NCBI GenBank assembly: GCA_051003195.1 | Contig: JBPCLP010000032.1 | Coordinates: forward strand, 1-51,297 | Length of the DNA: 51,297 nt | Direction of reading: 5' to 3' | Source: Candidatus Sumerlaeaceae bacterium | GTDB lineage: Bacteria; Sumerlaeota; Sumerlaeia; Sumerlaeales; Sumerlaeaceae | Shown here: in pieces, positions 29,437 to 38,992 of the stretch | Numbering within the stretch: position 1 is the stretch's first letter | How the letters are laid out: each line of letters opens with the position of its first letter | Notes under the pieces: generated by a model | Databases searched by the model: none | What the model was told of the DNA's origin: nothing | What the model saw: the letters and a program-made list of their open reading frames with translations, nothing else | Program-made: the position numbers and the translations under genes

Positions 29437-30597
29437 CTAAGACTCCAGCACTTCCTTATAAAATTCCTCCATCCCGGCGATCATGGCGTCATACGAGAAT
29501 AGCGCCTGCACACGTTGAAGACCAGCGCGTCCCATTTCTTTTGCATCTGTTGGCTTTTCCAAGAGCAGGTTGAGTTTAGCTGCCATCTCGGCCGGTTGTT
29601 TCGGCGGCACGAGAAAGCCTGTCACGCCGTCCTGTACCTGCTCGCAATTGCCGCCTACCGCTGTCGCCAGAACAGGTAGTGCGGATGCCATGGCTTCCAG
29701 CACGGCGTTTGAGAATCCTTCCTCATGCGAGGCCAGGACAAAGATGTCCATGCACTGAAGCAAAGAGGGGACATCAGACCGCTCGCCAGCAGGGATCACC
29801 TTTTCACTGATCTGCAGCCGCTCGGCCTCGCGTCGTACTTCCTCCTGTTCACCGGCGGCGCGGCCGACGAATAAGAAACAGGCATTTGGGAAGCGATGTA
29901 TGACTTCAGCGCCGGCGCGTACGATGTCCACGTGCCCTTTGTACGGGTGCAGGTTGGCGACTGAGCCGACCACAGTCGCATCGATCGGGATTCCGAGGTC
30001 AGTGCGAAGTTTCGCGACATCCACGTTCTGCTGGTACGGCTGAGTCTGAATTCCATTATACACGATGCGCATCTTTTCACGCGGTATCGGTTCTCTGCGT
30101 GCGACATCTTCCAGGATGCCGCGGCTTTTGCAGTGGACGAGTTGAAACAGCGGATCGGTCCAGTTCTCGAGGCGCGCCATTATCCTGTTCTTGTCGCGGT
30201 AATCACCAAGCGATAATCGCGTGCACACAATGTGAGGCACGCCCGCCATGCGTCCGCATACCGCACCGATAACGTTGCAGACTGGTATGAGTGTATGAAG
30301 AATGTCGGGCTTCAGTTGCTTGAGCAACCGAACAAGGCGCGGGAAAACCAGAGCTGCGGCGGGCAGCCGGCTCAATTCCAATTTACCGGCTTTCCGCAGG
30401 CGGGGATAACGGAGATCGTAAACGCTATCCGCAGCAGACCGGACAGCCTGCTCCATCGCTCCAAAGCCCGAGAGGCAGACTACGTGCTTTTCGTAGCGGC
30501 TACTCGATAATCCGCTCAGCAGGTTCGCCAGCTGGCGCTCGCTTCCACCTATCTCAAGGCTGGTTATCAGAAAAACTATCCGTGTTCGCCTTTTCAG
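29437..30597 (-). CDS. Glycosyltransferase family 4 (extended upstream of the ORF-track start)
   Basis: KGH, SHEEGFSNAVLEAM. The frame stays open upstream of ATG 30456 and encodes the GT4 N-terminus LKRRTRIVFLITSLEIGGSERQL; the likely start is CTG 30597. Confidence 0.85.
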   Translation of the reverse strand: MKRRTRIVFLITSLEIGGSERQLANLLSGLSSSRYEKHVVCLSGFGAMEQAVRSAADSVYDLRYPRLRKAGKLELSRLPAAALVFPRLVRLLKQLKPDILHTLIPVCNVIGAVCGRMAGVPHIVCTRLSLGDYRDKNRIMARLENWTDPLFQLVHCKSRGILEDVARREPIPREKMRIVYNGIQTQPYQQNVDVAKLRTDLGIPIDATVVGSVANLHPYKGHVDIVRAGAEVIHRFPNACFLFVGRAAGEQEEVRREAERLQISEKVIPAGERSDVPSLLQCMDIFVLASHEEGFSNAVLEAMASALPVLATAVGGNCEQVQDGVTGFLVPPKQPAEMAAKLNLLLEKPTDAKEMGRAGLQRVQALFSYDAMIAGMEEFYKEVLES

Positions 30598-30820
30598 CCG
30601 GCTTCCTTCCCATGTGAATTACATCTCTTGTCGCAAAACCGACTGTTGTTTGCCATGGCTGAAACAGATCACAAGCAGTGTTTGAGCCCTGCCCCTCATA
30701 ATGTCGAGGCAATTGAACGCAGAGCCATGTAGAGTCGCGCATAGACAACCCGGCTCGGCGACGCCGCCGTCATCTAACTTCTGCTTTACACCCCAGCGGC
30801 TGCAACGCACTGCTGCGGAG

Positions 30821-32188
30821 ATGCAACCCAACGGTAGCCAGCAACGCGGTACCGTGCCGCAGTGGCAATACATCCTCACGCTGTTTCTTGCGCTCGTGGT
30901 TCCGCCGCTCAACTATCTGGCTCGAAGCCAGAAGTGGACGCCGTCCATCTGGCCCTACGAGCAGGACAAACCATTAACCGTGGTGGTTACGTACGCGCTC
31001 GGCATATGCGGAGTTCTGATCCTGCTGTGGCGTCACGAAAAACCAGTGCCCGCGACGCTTCGATTCGCTCCCGGCATTTTGAACCGGCGTACGGCGTCTG
31101 TTATCGCGGTGGTGCTCTTCATCTGGCTCGCATCAAAGTGGCATTTCCAGCACATGGAGCGGCATGGCGACGGCCGCTCCTGGATCGGCTTCGCATCCCA
31201 ACCCTATGTTTTCGCCGGCGAGGCCGGGGGGCGATGGGCGCATTACTTCTGGTACCGGCTGCTGGAATCATGGCCATCGCCGGAGAAGCTCGCACTGCGC
31301 TGGAATTCCATATCCGCGGGAGCTATCTGCCTGCTTGGATTGCTGCTGCTGGCCCGCGATGCTTTTCGACAGACGCCTGCGTCGAGATCGATCGTATTCC
31401 TGTTTTTCTTTCCGCTTCTCACCCTCTACGTGGGGTACGCTGAGACAACTCCCCTGGCATACGCCTTCTCCACGATTTACCTGCTGGCGGGGCTTTGCTA
31501 TTTATCGCAACCGATCAGGCGGCCGCCGTGGTGGGAATCGGTAATTCTATCACTCGCGCTGTTCATGCATGGCATCGTGTGTTTTATAACGGCCGCACAC
31601 CTGTATCTTGTTATCTGCTGGGCAGTTTCGGTGGGCCGGCACTCGTTACGCAACCCGGGCAAATCGGCTGCGTTGTTGTTCAACCTCGCGTGGCCGTTTG
31701 CACCTTTGCTGCTTTCCATCATTTACGCGAAACTGACACTGCCGGCCGACCGCTGGTACTGCAATATGCTCGGGGGTCCGAACCACAGCATGTGGATACC
31801 GTGGTCCGATCCGCTGGCGAACAAGGCATACTATGCGTATACGTCGCTACGATTCTGGCAGGACACCGGAAACTGGGTGCTGAACTACTTTCCATTGCTC
31901 CCGCTGCTGCCCCTGGCCCTGGATCATTGCCGTCGAGTGTTGCCACGCGAAACAACATTTCTTTTCTTCGCTTTCTGGGGGCTGTTGCTCTTCACGTTTT
32001 CCTGGGATGCCGCGTTAGGTTATTACCTGGATCGCGACCTCATGTCGCTTGTGATTGTTCCCGGGCACATGGTTATTCTGCTGTGGCTGTCGCTCGGATT
32101 TCAAGCACGGTCGCGTGATGCGATCATCTTTGGGTACGCTGTCTCCAATTTCGCTTTCCAGGTCATTCCCTACGTTCGTTTTCCCTGA
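30821..32188 (+). CDS. Polytopic membrane protein, possibly a GT-C-fold glycosyltransferase
   Basis: About 10-12 hydrophobic segments with loops HGDG, GYAET and DRDL; adjacent to GT4 genes. Confidence 0.6.
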   Translation: MQPNGSQQRGTVPQWQYILTLFLALVVPPLNYLARSQKWTPSIWPYEQDKPLTVVVTYALGICGVLILLWRHEKPVPATLRFAPGILNRRTASVIAVVLFIWLASKWHFQHMERHGDGRSWIGFASQPYVFAGEAGGRWAHYFWYRLLESWPSPEKLALRWNSISAGAICLLGLLLLARDAFRQTPASRSIVFLFFFPLLTLYVGYAETTPLAYAFSTIYLLAGLCYLSQPIRRPPWWESVILSLALFMHGIVCFITAAHLYLVICWAVSVGRHSLRNPGKSAALLFNLAWPFAPLLLSIIYAKLTLPADRWYCNMLGGPNHSMWIPWSDPLANKAYYAYTSLRFWQDTGNWVLNYFPLLPLLPLALDHCRRVLPRETTFLFFAFWGLLLFTFSWDAALGYYLDRDLMSLVIVPGHMVILLWLSLGFQARSRDAIIFGYAVSNFAFQVIPYVRFP

Positions 32189-32304
32189 CGACTGGGGCTT
32201 GACTCGCGCCATACCGGGGAACAAGCCGGGATTGTCGTGGTCAAAGAACCGGGGACACGTCACTCCGGGCGCAGGTGCGCGCCCAGCTAGAGAGAATAAA
32301 GCGG

Positions 32305-33012
32305 ATGAGCGAGGAACTGGATACCCAGGCGCCAGACGGATTATCGCGCCGAACTTTCCTAAAAACGGTAAGTACAGCAGGGATTGGCAGCATTGCGCTT
32401 CCGGGTGCATTACTGCCAAACAGTGCGGAGGCTGCGGCGGCGCAAAGTCCGGCGGGCGAAGCCGGGCAAGCCGGCGCCAGAATATTGCGCGGCGATATCG
32501 CGATTGAATTGAAGCTGAACGGAAAGTCACACCCAGTAACAGTGGAGACGCGCACGACATTGCTCGACGCACTCCGTATGAAGCTGGACATGACCGGAAG
32601 CAAGCTGGTGTGCGACCGCGGTACATGCGGGGCATGCACCGTATTAATGGACGGCAAACCTGTGACGAGCTGCATGGTACTCGCCATTGACGCGCAGGGG
32701 CACGAAATCACGACCGTGGAAGGCTTATCGCTGGGAGACGACCTGCATCCCGTGCAGAAAGCGTTTGTCGAAGCTGATGCGCTGCAGTGCGGCTTCTGCA
32801 CCCCAGGATTTGTCGTCGCCGCAAAGGCAGCACTCGACAAGAAACCCGACGCTTCGCTTGGTGAATTCCAGGAATTGATCGCCGGCAATCTTTGCCGCTG
32901 CGGCACCTACAACCACATTTTTAAAGCTGCAGCAAAAGCGCAGACGATGCTCTCGGGCAGCGACAGGATCGCGTCAGATCTCGCGCTACTTTCCGCAGGA
33001 AAGGAAGCCTGA
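32305..33012 (+). CDS. Tat-signal (2Fe-2S) subunit of a PaoABC-like aldehyde oxidoreductase / xanthine dehydrogenase family enzyme
   Basis: SRRTFLK; CDRGTCGACTV...C; QCGFCTPG; GNLCRCGTY. Confidence 0.92.
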   Translation: MSEELDTQAPDGLSRRTFLKTVSTAGIGSIALPGALLPNSAEAAAAQSPAGEAGQAGARILRGDIAIELKLNGKSHPVTVETRTTLLDALRMKLDMTGSKLVCDRGTCGACTVLMDGKPVTSCMVLAIDAQGHEITTVEGLSLGDDLHPVQKAFVEADALQCGFCTPGFVVAAKAALDKKPDASLGEFQELIAGNLCRCGTYNHIFKAAAKAQTMLSGSDRIASDLALLSAGKEA

Positions 33013-33015
33013 ACC

Positions 33016-35352
33016 ATGGCTCAGCGAAAAATTACCGTCGGCACTGAGAAGCTGTCGATAGAGCTGCAGATAGACGTTCCGGAAGAAATGGCTCCTGTCT
33101 GGGATTTATCCAAATCGCTGGAAGTCGTGGGCACTTCGGTGCCTCGGCTGGATGGGCCGGATAAGGTAACGGGCCGGGCAAAGTACACCTACGATATTAA
33201 CCCGCCGGGACTGCTTTATGGGCGCATCCTGCGTTCTGCACATCCGGCTGCAATCGTCAAAGCCGTGGACACATCCGTTGCCTCGAAAATGCCTGGTGTC
33301 AAAGCCATCGCATTCGCGTGGGATCAGAACAAAATAGGCACGAAGGCGCTTCGCTACGCCGGTGATGAAATCCTGGCTATTGCCGCCGACACACCGCAGC
33401 AGGCGGAGGATGCAATTCGCGCCGTAAAGGTGGAGTATGCAGCAAAGCCCTTTACGGTGAATGTCGACCAGGCGCGCGATTCTGCAGCGCCGCAGGTAAA
33501 CGACGGACAGGCTAACATAGGTAAAAGCCGAACTCGCGGCACGGCACCGCCCGTGGAGGAAAGACTCAAGAGCGCCGCAAAAACCATTGAGGCAACGTAC
33601 CGCACGCAGGTTCAGACGCACTCATGCCTGGAGACGCATGGTCTTGTTGTGCATCCCGACGGAGACAATTTAAACGTATGGGCAAGCACGCAGGGCACGT
33701 TCAGCGTACGCGATGGGCTTGCGGAGAACCTCGGACTAAAGAAGGAACAGGTGAATGTTACCGTCCACCATGTCGGCGGCGGGTTCGGTTCGAAGTTTGG
33801 TCCACGCCCGGAGGGAGTACTTGCCGCTAAGCTCGCGCAAACCGCAAAGGCTCCAGTGAAGCTGATGCTGAATCGCAAAGAGGAGCATCTTGCCGCGGGT
33901 AACCGACCGAACTCGGTACAGAACGTACGGCTTGGGGCAGACGCAGACGGCAAGCTTGTGGCCTGCGCGGTAAAGACGTATGGAACAGGCGGCGTGGGCG
34001 GTGGCGCCGGGTGCGCTATCCCCGTGATTTACGACATACCGAAGGAAGCGGTTTATAAGGAAGAAGAGGACGTCTTCACCAATGCAGGGCCGGCTGCAGC
34101 ATTCCGTGCTCCCGGCCATCCGCAGGGCGTGTTCGCCTTTGAACAGGCGATGGACGAACTCGCGCACGCTTTCGGAATGGATCCGCTGGAGTTTCGCCGC
34201 AAGAATGACGGCAACCCCGTACGGCAGGACCAATATAGCATTGGGGCAGAGGAAATCGGATGGACTACCCGGCGGAATAAGGAGCCAGGGGCGGCAGGCG
34301 GCTCGCACCTGAAACGCGGTATTGGAATGGCCTCGACGCAGTGGTTCAATGGAGGCGGCAAGGGAGCACACGCCGATATTGAGATTCACCAGGACGGCGC
34401 GGTTGTTTTGATGCAGGGCGCCCAGGATATTGGGATGGGGTTCCGCACTGCGATGGCAATTGTAGTGGCGGAGGAACTCGGATTGCAACCGACCGAGATT
34501 ACCGTGCGCATCGGAGAAACGCGGTTCGGTTATGGCCCAGGAAGCGGTGGCAGCACGACGACTCCTTCGGTGGCGCCGGCAGTCCACGCGGCAGCGTACA
34601 ACGCACGCCGGATGCTGCTAAACGCGGTCGCTGAGCATTTTAAAGTGGCTCCGACAGAACTCGATTTAAAAAAAGGCCGTATCATAGCGAAGGCGAGTAT
34701 GGAATTAAGCCCGGCCACGGGCGGCGCTGACGGGACGGAGACCTCCGCAACCCAGGACAACACTACAACACAGACTGCTGTTGTTGCACTGCCCAAAGGC
34801 GGCCTGAGCTGGAAGCAGGCATGTGCGCTGCTGCCACGTGATAAAATTACCGCGGGTGGGGATCGGCCCGAAAACTTTGCTGGTTTTCGAGACGGCGTCG
34901 CCGGTGTGCAATTCGCAGAGGTGGAAGTCGACATCGAGACCGGGCAGGTTCGCGTGGTGAAGGTGGTCGCAATCCAGGACGCCGGCCGCTCACTGAACAA
35001 ACTGGGATGCGAATCCCAGATTAGTGGCGGCGTGATCCAGGGAGTCAGCTATGCTCTCTTCGAAGATCGGATCATGGATAAAAACACAGGCCATATGGTG
35101 AATCCAAACTTCATGGACTATAAGATAGCGGGTCCCTCGGACTGCCCGCTCATTGTGCCAATTGTTTACCAGGTCGCAAACGGCAAGAATACAACCGGAG
35201 TGATGGGCATGGCAGAAGCGCCAACTGTTCCGACAGCCGCCGCCATTGCGAACGCTGTCTACAACGCGATCGGCGTTCGCATCCGTGAAATACCAATAAC
35301 CCCGGACAAAGTCCTGGCGGCACTTGCCGGGAAAGGCGTGGCGCACGCATGA
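33016..35352 (+). CDS. Molybdopterin-binding subunit (PaoC/YagR-like)
   Basis: KVTGRAKY, VGGGFGSK, AFRAPG, GSGGSTT, QISGGVIQG, GMAEAP. Confidence 0.92.
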   Translation: MAQRKITVGTEKLSIELQIDVPEEMAPVWDLSKSLEVVGTSVPRLDGPDKVTGRAKYTYDINPPGLLYGRILRSAHPAAIVKAVDTSVASKMPGVKAIAFAWDQNKIGTKALRYAGDEILAIAADTPQQAEDAIRAVKVEYAAKPFTVNVDQARDSAAPQVNDGQANIGKSRTRGTAPPVEERLKSAAKTIEATYRTQVQTHSCLETHGLVVHPDGDNLNVWASTQGTFSVRDGLAENLGLKKEQVNVTVHHVGGGFGSKFGPRPEGVLAAKLAQTAKAPVKLMLNRKEEHLAAGNRPNSVQNVRLGADADGKLVACAVKTYGTGGVGGGAGCAIPVIYDIPKEAVYKEEEDVFTNAGPAAAFRAPGHPQGVFAFEQAMDELAHAFGMDPLEFRRKNDGNPVRQDQYSIGAEEIGWTTRRNKEPGAAGGSHLKRGIGMASTQWFNGGGKGAHADIEIHQDGAVVLMQGAQDIGMGFRTAMAIVVAEELGLQPTEITVRIGETRFGYGPGSGGSTTTPSVAPAVHAAAYNARRMLLNAVAEHFKVAPTELDLKKGRIIAKASMELSPATGGADGTETSATQDNTTTQTAVVALPKGGLSWKQACALLPRDKITAGGDRPENFAGFRDGVAGVQFAEVEVDIETGQVRVVKVVAIQDAGRSLNKLGCESQISGGVIQGVSYALFEDRIMDKNTGHMVNPNFMDYKIAGPSDCPLIVPIVYQVANGKNTTGVMGMAEAPTVPTAAAIANAVYNAIGVRIREIPITPDKVLAALAGKGVAHA

Positions 35353-36350
35353 GCACATTACCGATTTTCGAAATGGCAATGGCGTCGGATGCAAAACAGG
35401 CGATTGCGCAGCTCGGGAATGACTGGAACTCCGCCGCGGTCTACGCGGGTGGAATGGACCTGCTGGACCTGATGAAGGAGCGGGTGTACGAGCCCAGGCT
35501 TCTTGTGAACATCAAGCCGGACGCATCGCTGAAATATATCCAGATTGAGGGCGACGGCCGTCTGCGCATTGGTCCTCTCACCACACTAACGGAAATCGCA
35601 GAGCACCCGGATATCCTTAAAAGTTATCCAGCACTCGCGCTCGCCTGTGGCAAAGCCGCCACTCCGCAGGTGCGTAACGTCGCTACGCTTGGAGGCAACC
35701 TATGCCAGCGCCCGCGCTGCTGGTATTTCCGCAACGAGGAGTTTCCCTGTTTGCGAAAAGGTGGGGACACGTGCTTCGCAAAAGAAGGCGAAAATAAGTA
35801 CCATGCGATTTTCACGGAGAATGAACCATGCGTTATTGTGCATCCGAGTGCAGCGGCGGTCGCGCTCGTAGCTCTCAATGGCCGCGTGAAAATTATCGGT
35901 ACCAGTGAACGTGAGTTGTCACTCGACGAATTTTTTGTTCTTCCGAAGCAAAATGTGCAGCGTGAAAACGTGCTTAAGCCCAACGAGTTGATCACTGAGA
36001 TTATTATTCCCGGTGCCTCCAGAAGCTGGAAAAGCACTTACATGAAGCTGCGAGAAAGGCAAAGCTACGACTGGCCGCTGGCAGATGTGGCGATCGCCGC
36101 GGAGATGGACGGTCTGACGGTTAAGAGCTGCAGGGTCGTGCTTGGCGCCGCCGCGCCAGTCCCCTACCGTGCCAGAGATGCCGAGGAATTCCTGCGTGGC
36201 AAAGCCATTACCACAGAGTCCGCCACACAAGCCGGCGAACTGGCTGTGAAAGGGGCCATGCCGCTGTCGCAGAACGCGTATAAGCTGCAACTATTCAAGG
36301 TGATCACCCGCCGGACTTTGCTAAATCTCGCCGAAGTGAAAGTGAGCTGA
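35349..36350 (+). CDS. FAD-binding subunit with [4Fe-4S] Cys motif (PaoB/YagS-like)
   Basis: AGGMDL, RNVATLGGNLCQRPRCWYFR...CLRKGGDTC...C..VHPS; ATGA overlap with the upstream gene. Confidence 0.92.
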   Translation: MSTLPIFEMAMASDAKQAIAQLGNDWNSAAVYAGGMDLLDLMKERVYEPRLLVNIKPDASLKYIQIEGDGRLRIGPLTTLTEIAEHPDILKSYPALALACGKAATPQVRNVATLGGNLCQRPRCWYFRNEEFPCLRKGGDTCFAKEGENKYHAIFTENEPCVIVHPSAAAVALVALNGRVKIIGTSERELSLDEFFVLPKQNVQRENVLKPNELITEIIIPGASRSWKSTYMKLRERQSYDWPLADVAIAAEMDGLTVKSCRVVLGAAAPVPYRARDAEEFLRGKAITTESATQAGELAVKGAMPLSQNAYKLQLFKVITRRTLLNLAEVKVS

Positions 36351-36353
36351 CCC

Positions 36354-36572
36354 ATGGCAGATTACGATCGCACGACTTCTTGCTCGCTGCTGCGCAGCAA
36401 GAACATGTACGCACATGTGGATCCCGCACATCGCGCCCACAGTACCAGCGAAATCACGGAACCGTTCTGGTGCAACCTTACGATGACAAATATCGGGCCG
36501 GACGAAAAACTTTGCGATGAAACCCAATGCTGCAAGGGACGCTGGTGTTATCGCAACATTCTGGATGTGTAA
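36354..36572 (+). CDS. Small Cys-rich hypothetical protein
   Basis: Starts 3 bp after the FAD-subunit stop; 72 aa with 6 Cys (CSLLRSKNMY...FWC...GPD...C...CC.GRWCY). Confidence 0.7.
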   Translation: MADYDRTTSCSLLRSKNMYAHVDPAHRAHSTSEITEPFWCNLTMTNIGPDEKLCDETQCCKGRWCYRNILDV

Positions 36573-36629
36573 ACGCAGATCCGCCGTCATTAAGGGCGAT
36601 GTAATTTCCTGGTTGTGATGTAGCACCTT

Positions 36630-37529
36630 ATGAACGTCCTTCTTTCCGGCGGAACAGGGTTTATAGGGTCGGCGCTGGTACCCGCACTGGAGACCCGCGG
36701 ACATCATGTTACCCTGTTGAGCCGTTCCGCGTCGGAACCCAGCACCCGTGCCTGGAATCCTGTCGCGAATCAGCTGGAGCCAGCTGCCGTCGCGGGTTTC
36801 GAAGCAGTCATCCACCTTGCAGGCGAATCGATCTTCGGGCTTTGGACCCGTGCAAGGAGGCGACGGATTCGCGAAAGTCGGGTGAACGGTACTCAGTTAC
36901 TTACGAGCGCGATCCTCAAACTCGCGCCGGCTGAGCGCCCCCGACATTTCATATCCGCCTCCGCGATCGGTTATTATGCGGACGGCGGCAATACACTTAT
37001 TACCGAAGCGGAACCCCACGGTCACGGGTGGTTAGCTGAAGCCTGCGCGGAGTGGGAGACGGCGTCTGCCCCGCTCGTTCATGCCGGCATTCGCGTTGTG
37101 TGGATGCGAATTGGCGTGGTGCTTGATCCCGCCGGCGGAGCCCTCAAACTTATGTTCCTGCCCTTTAAACTGGGAGTCGGCGCAACACTCGGCCCCGGGG
37201 ATCAATGGTTCAGTTGGATATCGCGCCGCGACCTTGTCTCGTCGCTAGTGTTTGCGCTGGATCACGACGCAATTACCGGCCCGGTGAACGCCACCTCACC
37301 TGGACCCGTTACGAACCGCGAGTTCACAAAGCAGCTCGCTTCTGCACTGCATCGCCCGGCATTACTTAAAATACCTGCACCCATCCTGCGGCTGATGCCG
37401 GGGCAAATGGCCGAGCAGGCATTACTCGCAAGCGCACGAGTAGTGCCTCGGAAACTGACGCAGGCAGGGTTCGGATTTCAGGATCCCAGCCTTAACGCGT
37501 TTTTAACCGGTATATCGAATTCGGCCTAG
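36630..37529 (+). CDS. TIGR01777/YfcH family NAD-dependent epimerase-like protein
   Basis: SGGTGFIG, HLAGES, SRVNGT, SASAIGYY, RIGVVL, GDQWFSWI, GPVN. Confidence 0.9.
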   Translation: MNVLLSGGTGFIGSALVPALETRGHHVTLLSRSASEPSTRAWNPVANQLEPAAVAGFEAVIHLAGESIFGLWTRARRRRIRESRVNGTQLLTSAILKLAPAERPRHFISASAIGYYADGGNTLITEAEPHGHGWLAEACAEWETASAPLVHAGIRVVWMRIGVVLDPAGGALKLMFLPFKLGVGATLGPGDQWFSWISRRDLVSSLVFALDHDAITGPVNATSPGPVTNREFTKQLASALHRPALLKIPAPILRLMPGQMAEQALLASARVVPRKLTQAGFGFQDPSLNAFLTGISNSA

Positions 37530-37532
37530 TTT

Positions 37533-37997
37533 CTACTTCAGCGCCGCCTGGATTTCAGAAGCCGACGGAACTTCCTTCGCGTTGTCGTTTACCTTTGCGT
37601 ACTTTACCTTGCCGTCTTTGCCGATCACAAAAGCAGAACGCTTCGCCACACCCTTAAGCCCGATAAGTTCGTCGTATTTGCAGCCATACGCGTCGCATGC
37701 CTCACGATTAAAATCGCTGGCCATGTCGAAATTCACGCCCTGCTCCTGCTTGAATTTATCCAGGGCGAACGGGCTGTCCACGCTGATGCCCACTACTTTG
37801 GCACCAAGCCCGTCGTACTGCCCCATTGCGTCGCGAGTGTCGCACATCTGTTGCGTACAAACGCTGGTCCATGCCAGCGGGAAGAACAGTAGCACGACGG
37901 GTTGTTTGCTCTTATAGTCGCTAAGCTTGAACTTTTCTTTAGCGCCCGCCAGCGGCAGCTCAAAATCCGGGGCATCCTGCCCTACTTCAATTGCCAT
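37533..37997 (-). CDS. Peroxiredoxin (AhpC/TSA family)
   Basis: APDFEL, FFPLAWTSVC (PxxxTxxC), GISVDS, SDFN, AKRSAFVI. Confidence 0.88.
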   Translation of the reverse strand: MAIEVGQDAPDFELPLAGAKEKFKLSDYKSKQPVVLLFFPLAWTSVCTQQMCDTRDAMGQYDGLGAKVVGISVDSPFALDKFKQEQGVNFDMASDFNREACDAYGCKYDELIGLKGVAKRSAFVIGKDGKVKYAKVNDNAKEVPSASEIQAALK

Positions 37998-38194
37998 TCT
38001 CAAAGTCTCCTTATTAATCTACCGCTCGCCTACCTGTGTGCGCGGGCTGTGCAACTGCAAACTCCACAAGCCAAGGGTCGCAGCATGCGCAAGGGCCGAA
38101 TCGACGCCGATTCAAGTTTCTGCTTCTCTACTGTCTACTGTTGCATTCGGGTTCGCTGCTCCCACAGTCCCGCGACAGGAAAGGAAAGCGAACC

Positions 38195-38992
38195 GTGCTT
38201 AACCACATCTGGGCATTTCTGGTTGTCTGCGGAATCCTGGTAGGCTTCGGCAGCGCGCTTAACAAGGTGCGCGTGGGCCAGGATACCATTGTAAAAATGG
38301 TGGATGGAAAAGAAGTAAGGGAAGTCGTCCACTATGCGACATGGAAACAGAAGGTTAGGTCTCTGAGCGACGCGGGAAACCGGCTTGCGAAGGAGATGTT
38401 TAACCAGGTCGGTTTCAACTGGACAGACGCAGCCGGCAAAACGCGCGACGGTGCAGTCGGAATCGCCGTGAGTTACATCGGCCTCATCGCGCTGTGGCTG
38501 GGTATCATGAAAGTGGCGGAAGCAAGCGGGCTGATTCTGCTACTCTCCCGAATGATTGCTCCGCTGTTCAGGTTCATTTTTCCGTCCATTCCCCGCGACC
38601 ACCCAGCTTCGGGCGCCATTCTGATGAACTTCTCCGCCAACATGCTGGGGCTCGATAACGCGGCCACGCCCCTTGGGATCAAAGCCATGCAGGAGCTCCA
38701 GACATTAAACGGGCGAAAGGATACTGCCTCCAATGCGATGGTCATGTTCCTCGCGCTGAACGTCTCGAGTCTTACTTTAATCCCCGCATCGGTAATTGCG
38801 TTACGAGGATCCAAAGAAAGTACAGCACCGGCTTCCTTCATGCCGGTTATGCTTGTGGCAACGGCGTGCGGCACATTGACGGCGTTCATCCTCTGCAAAA
38901 TCATTGAACGGAAATCCAAAGATACTCCGCGGGCCGACTCACCCGAAGCTGCGACAGAGCCCGGCTCCATCAGCACGGAGGTAGCCCTGTGA
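38195..38992 (+). CDS. spmA: SpmA-like nucleoside-recognition (Gate) membrane protein
   Basis: LWLGIMKVAE, NFSANMLGLDNAATPLGIKAMQELQ, ASNAMVMFL. Confidence 0.88.
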   Translation: MLNHIWAFLVVCGILVGFGSALNKVRVGQDTIVKMVDGKEVREVVHYATWKQKVRSLSDAGNRLAKEMFNQVGFNWTDAAGKTRDGAVGIAVSYIGLIALWLGIMKVAEASGLILLLSRMIAPLFRFIFPSIPRDHPASGAILMNFSANMLGLDNAATPLGIKAMQELQTLNGRKDTASNAMVMFLALNVSSLTLIPASVIALRGSKESTAPASFMPVMLVATACGTLTAFILCKIIERKSKDTPRADSPEAATEPGSISTEVAL

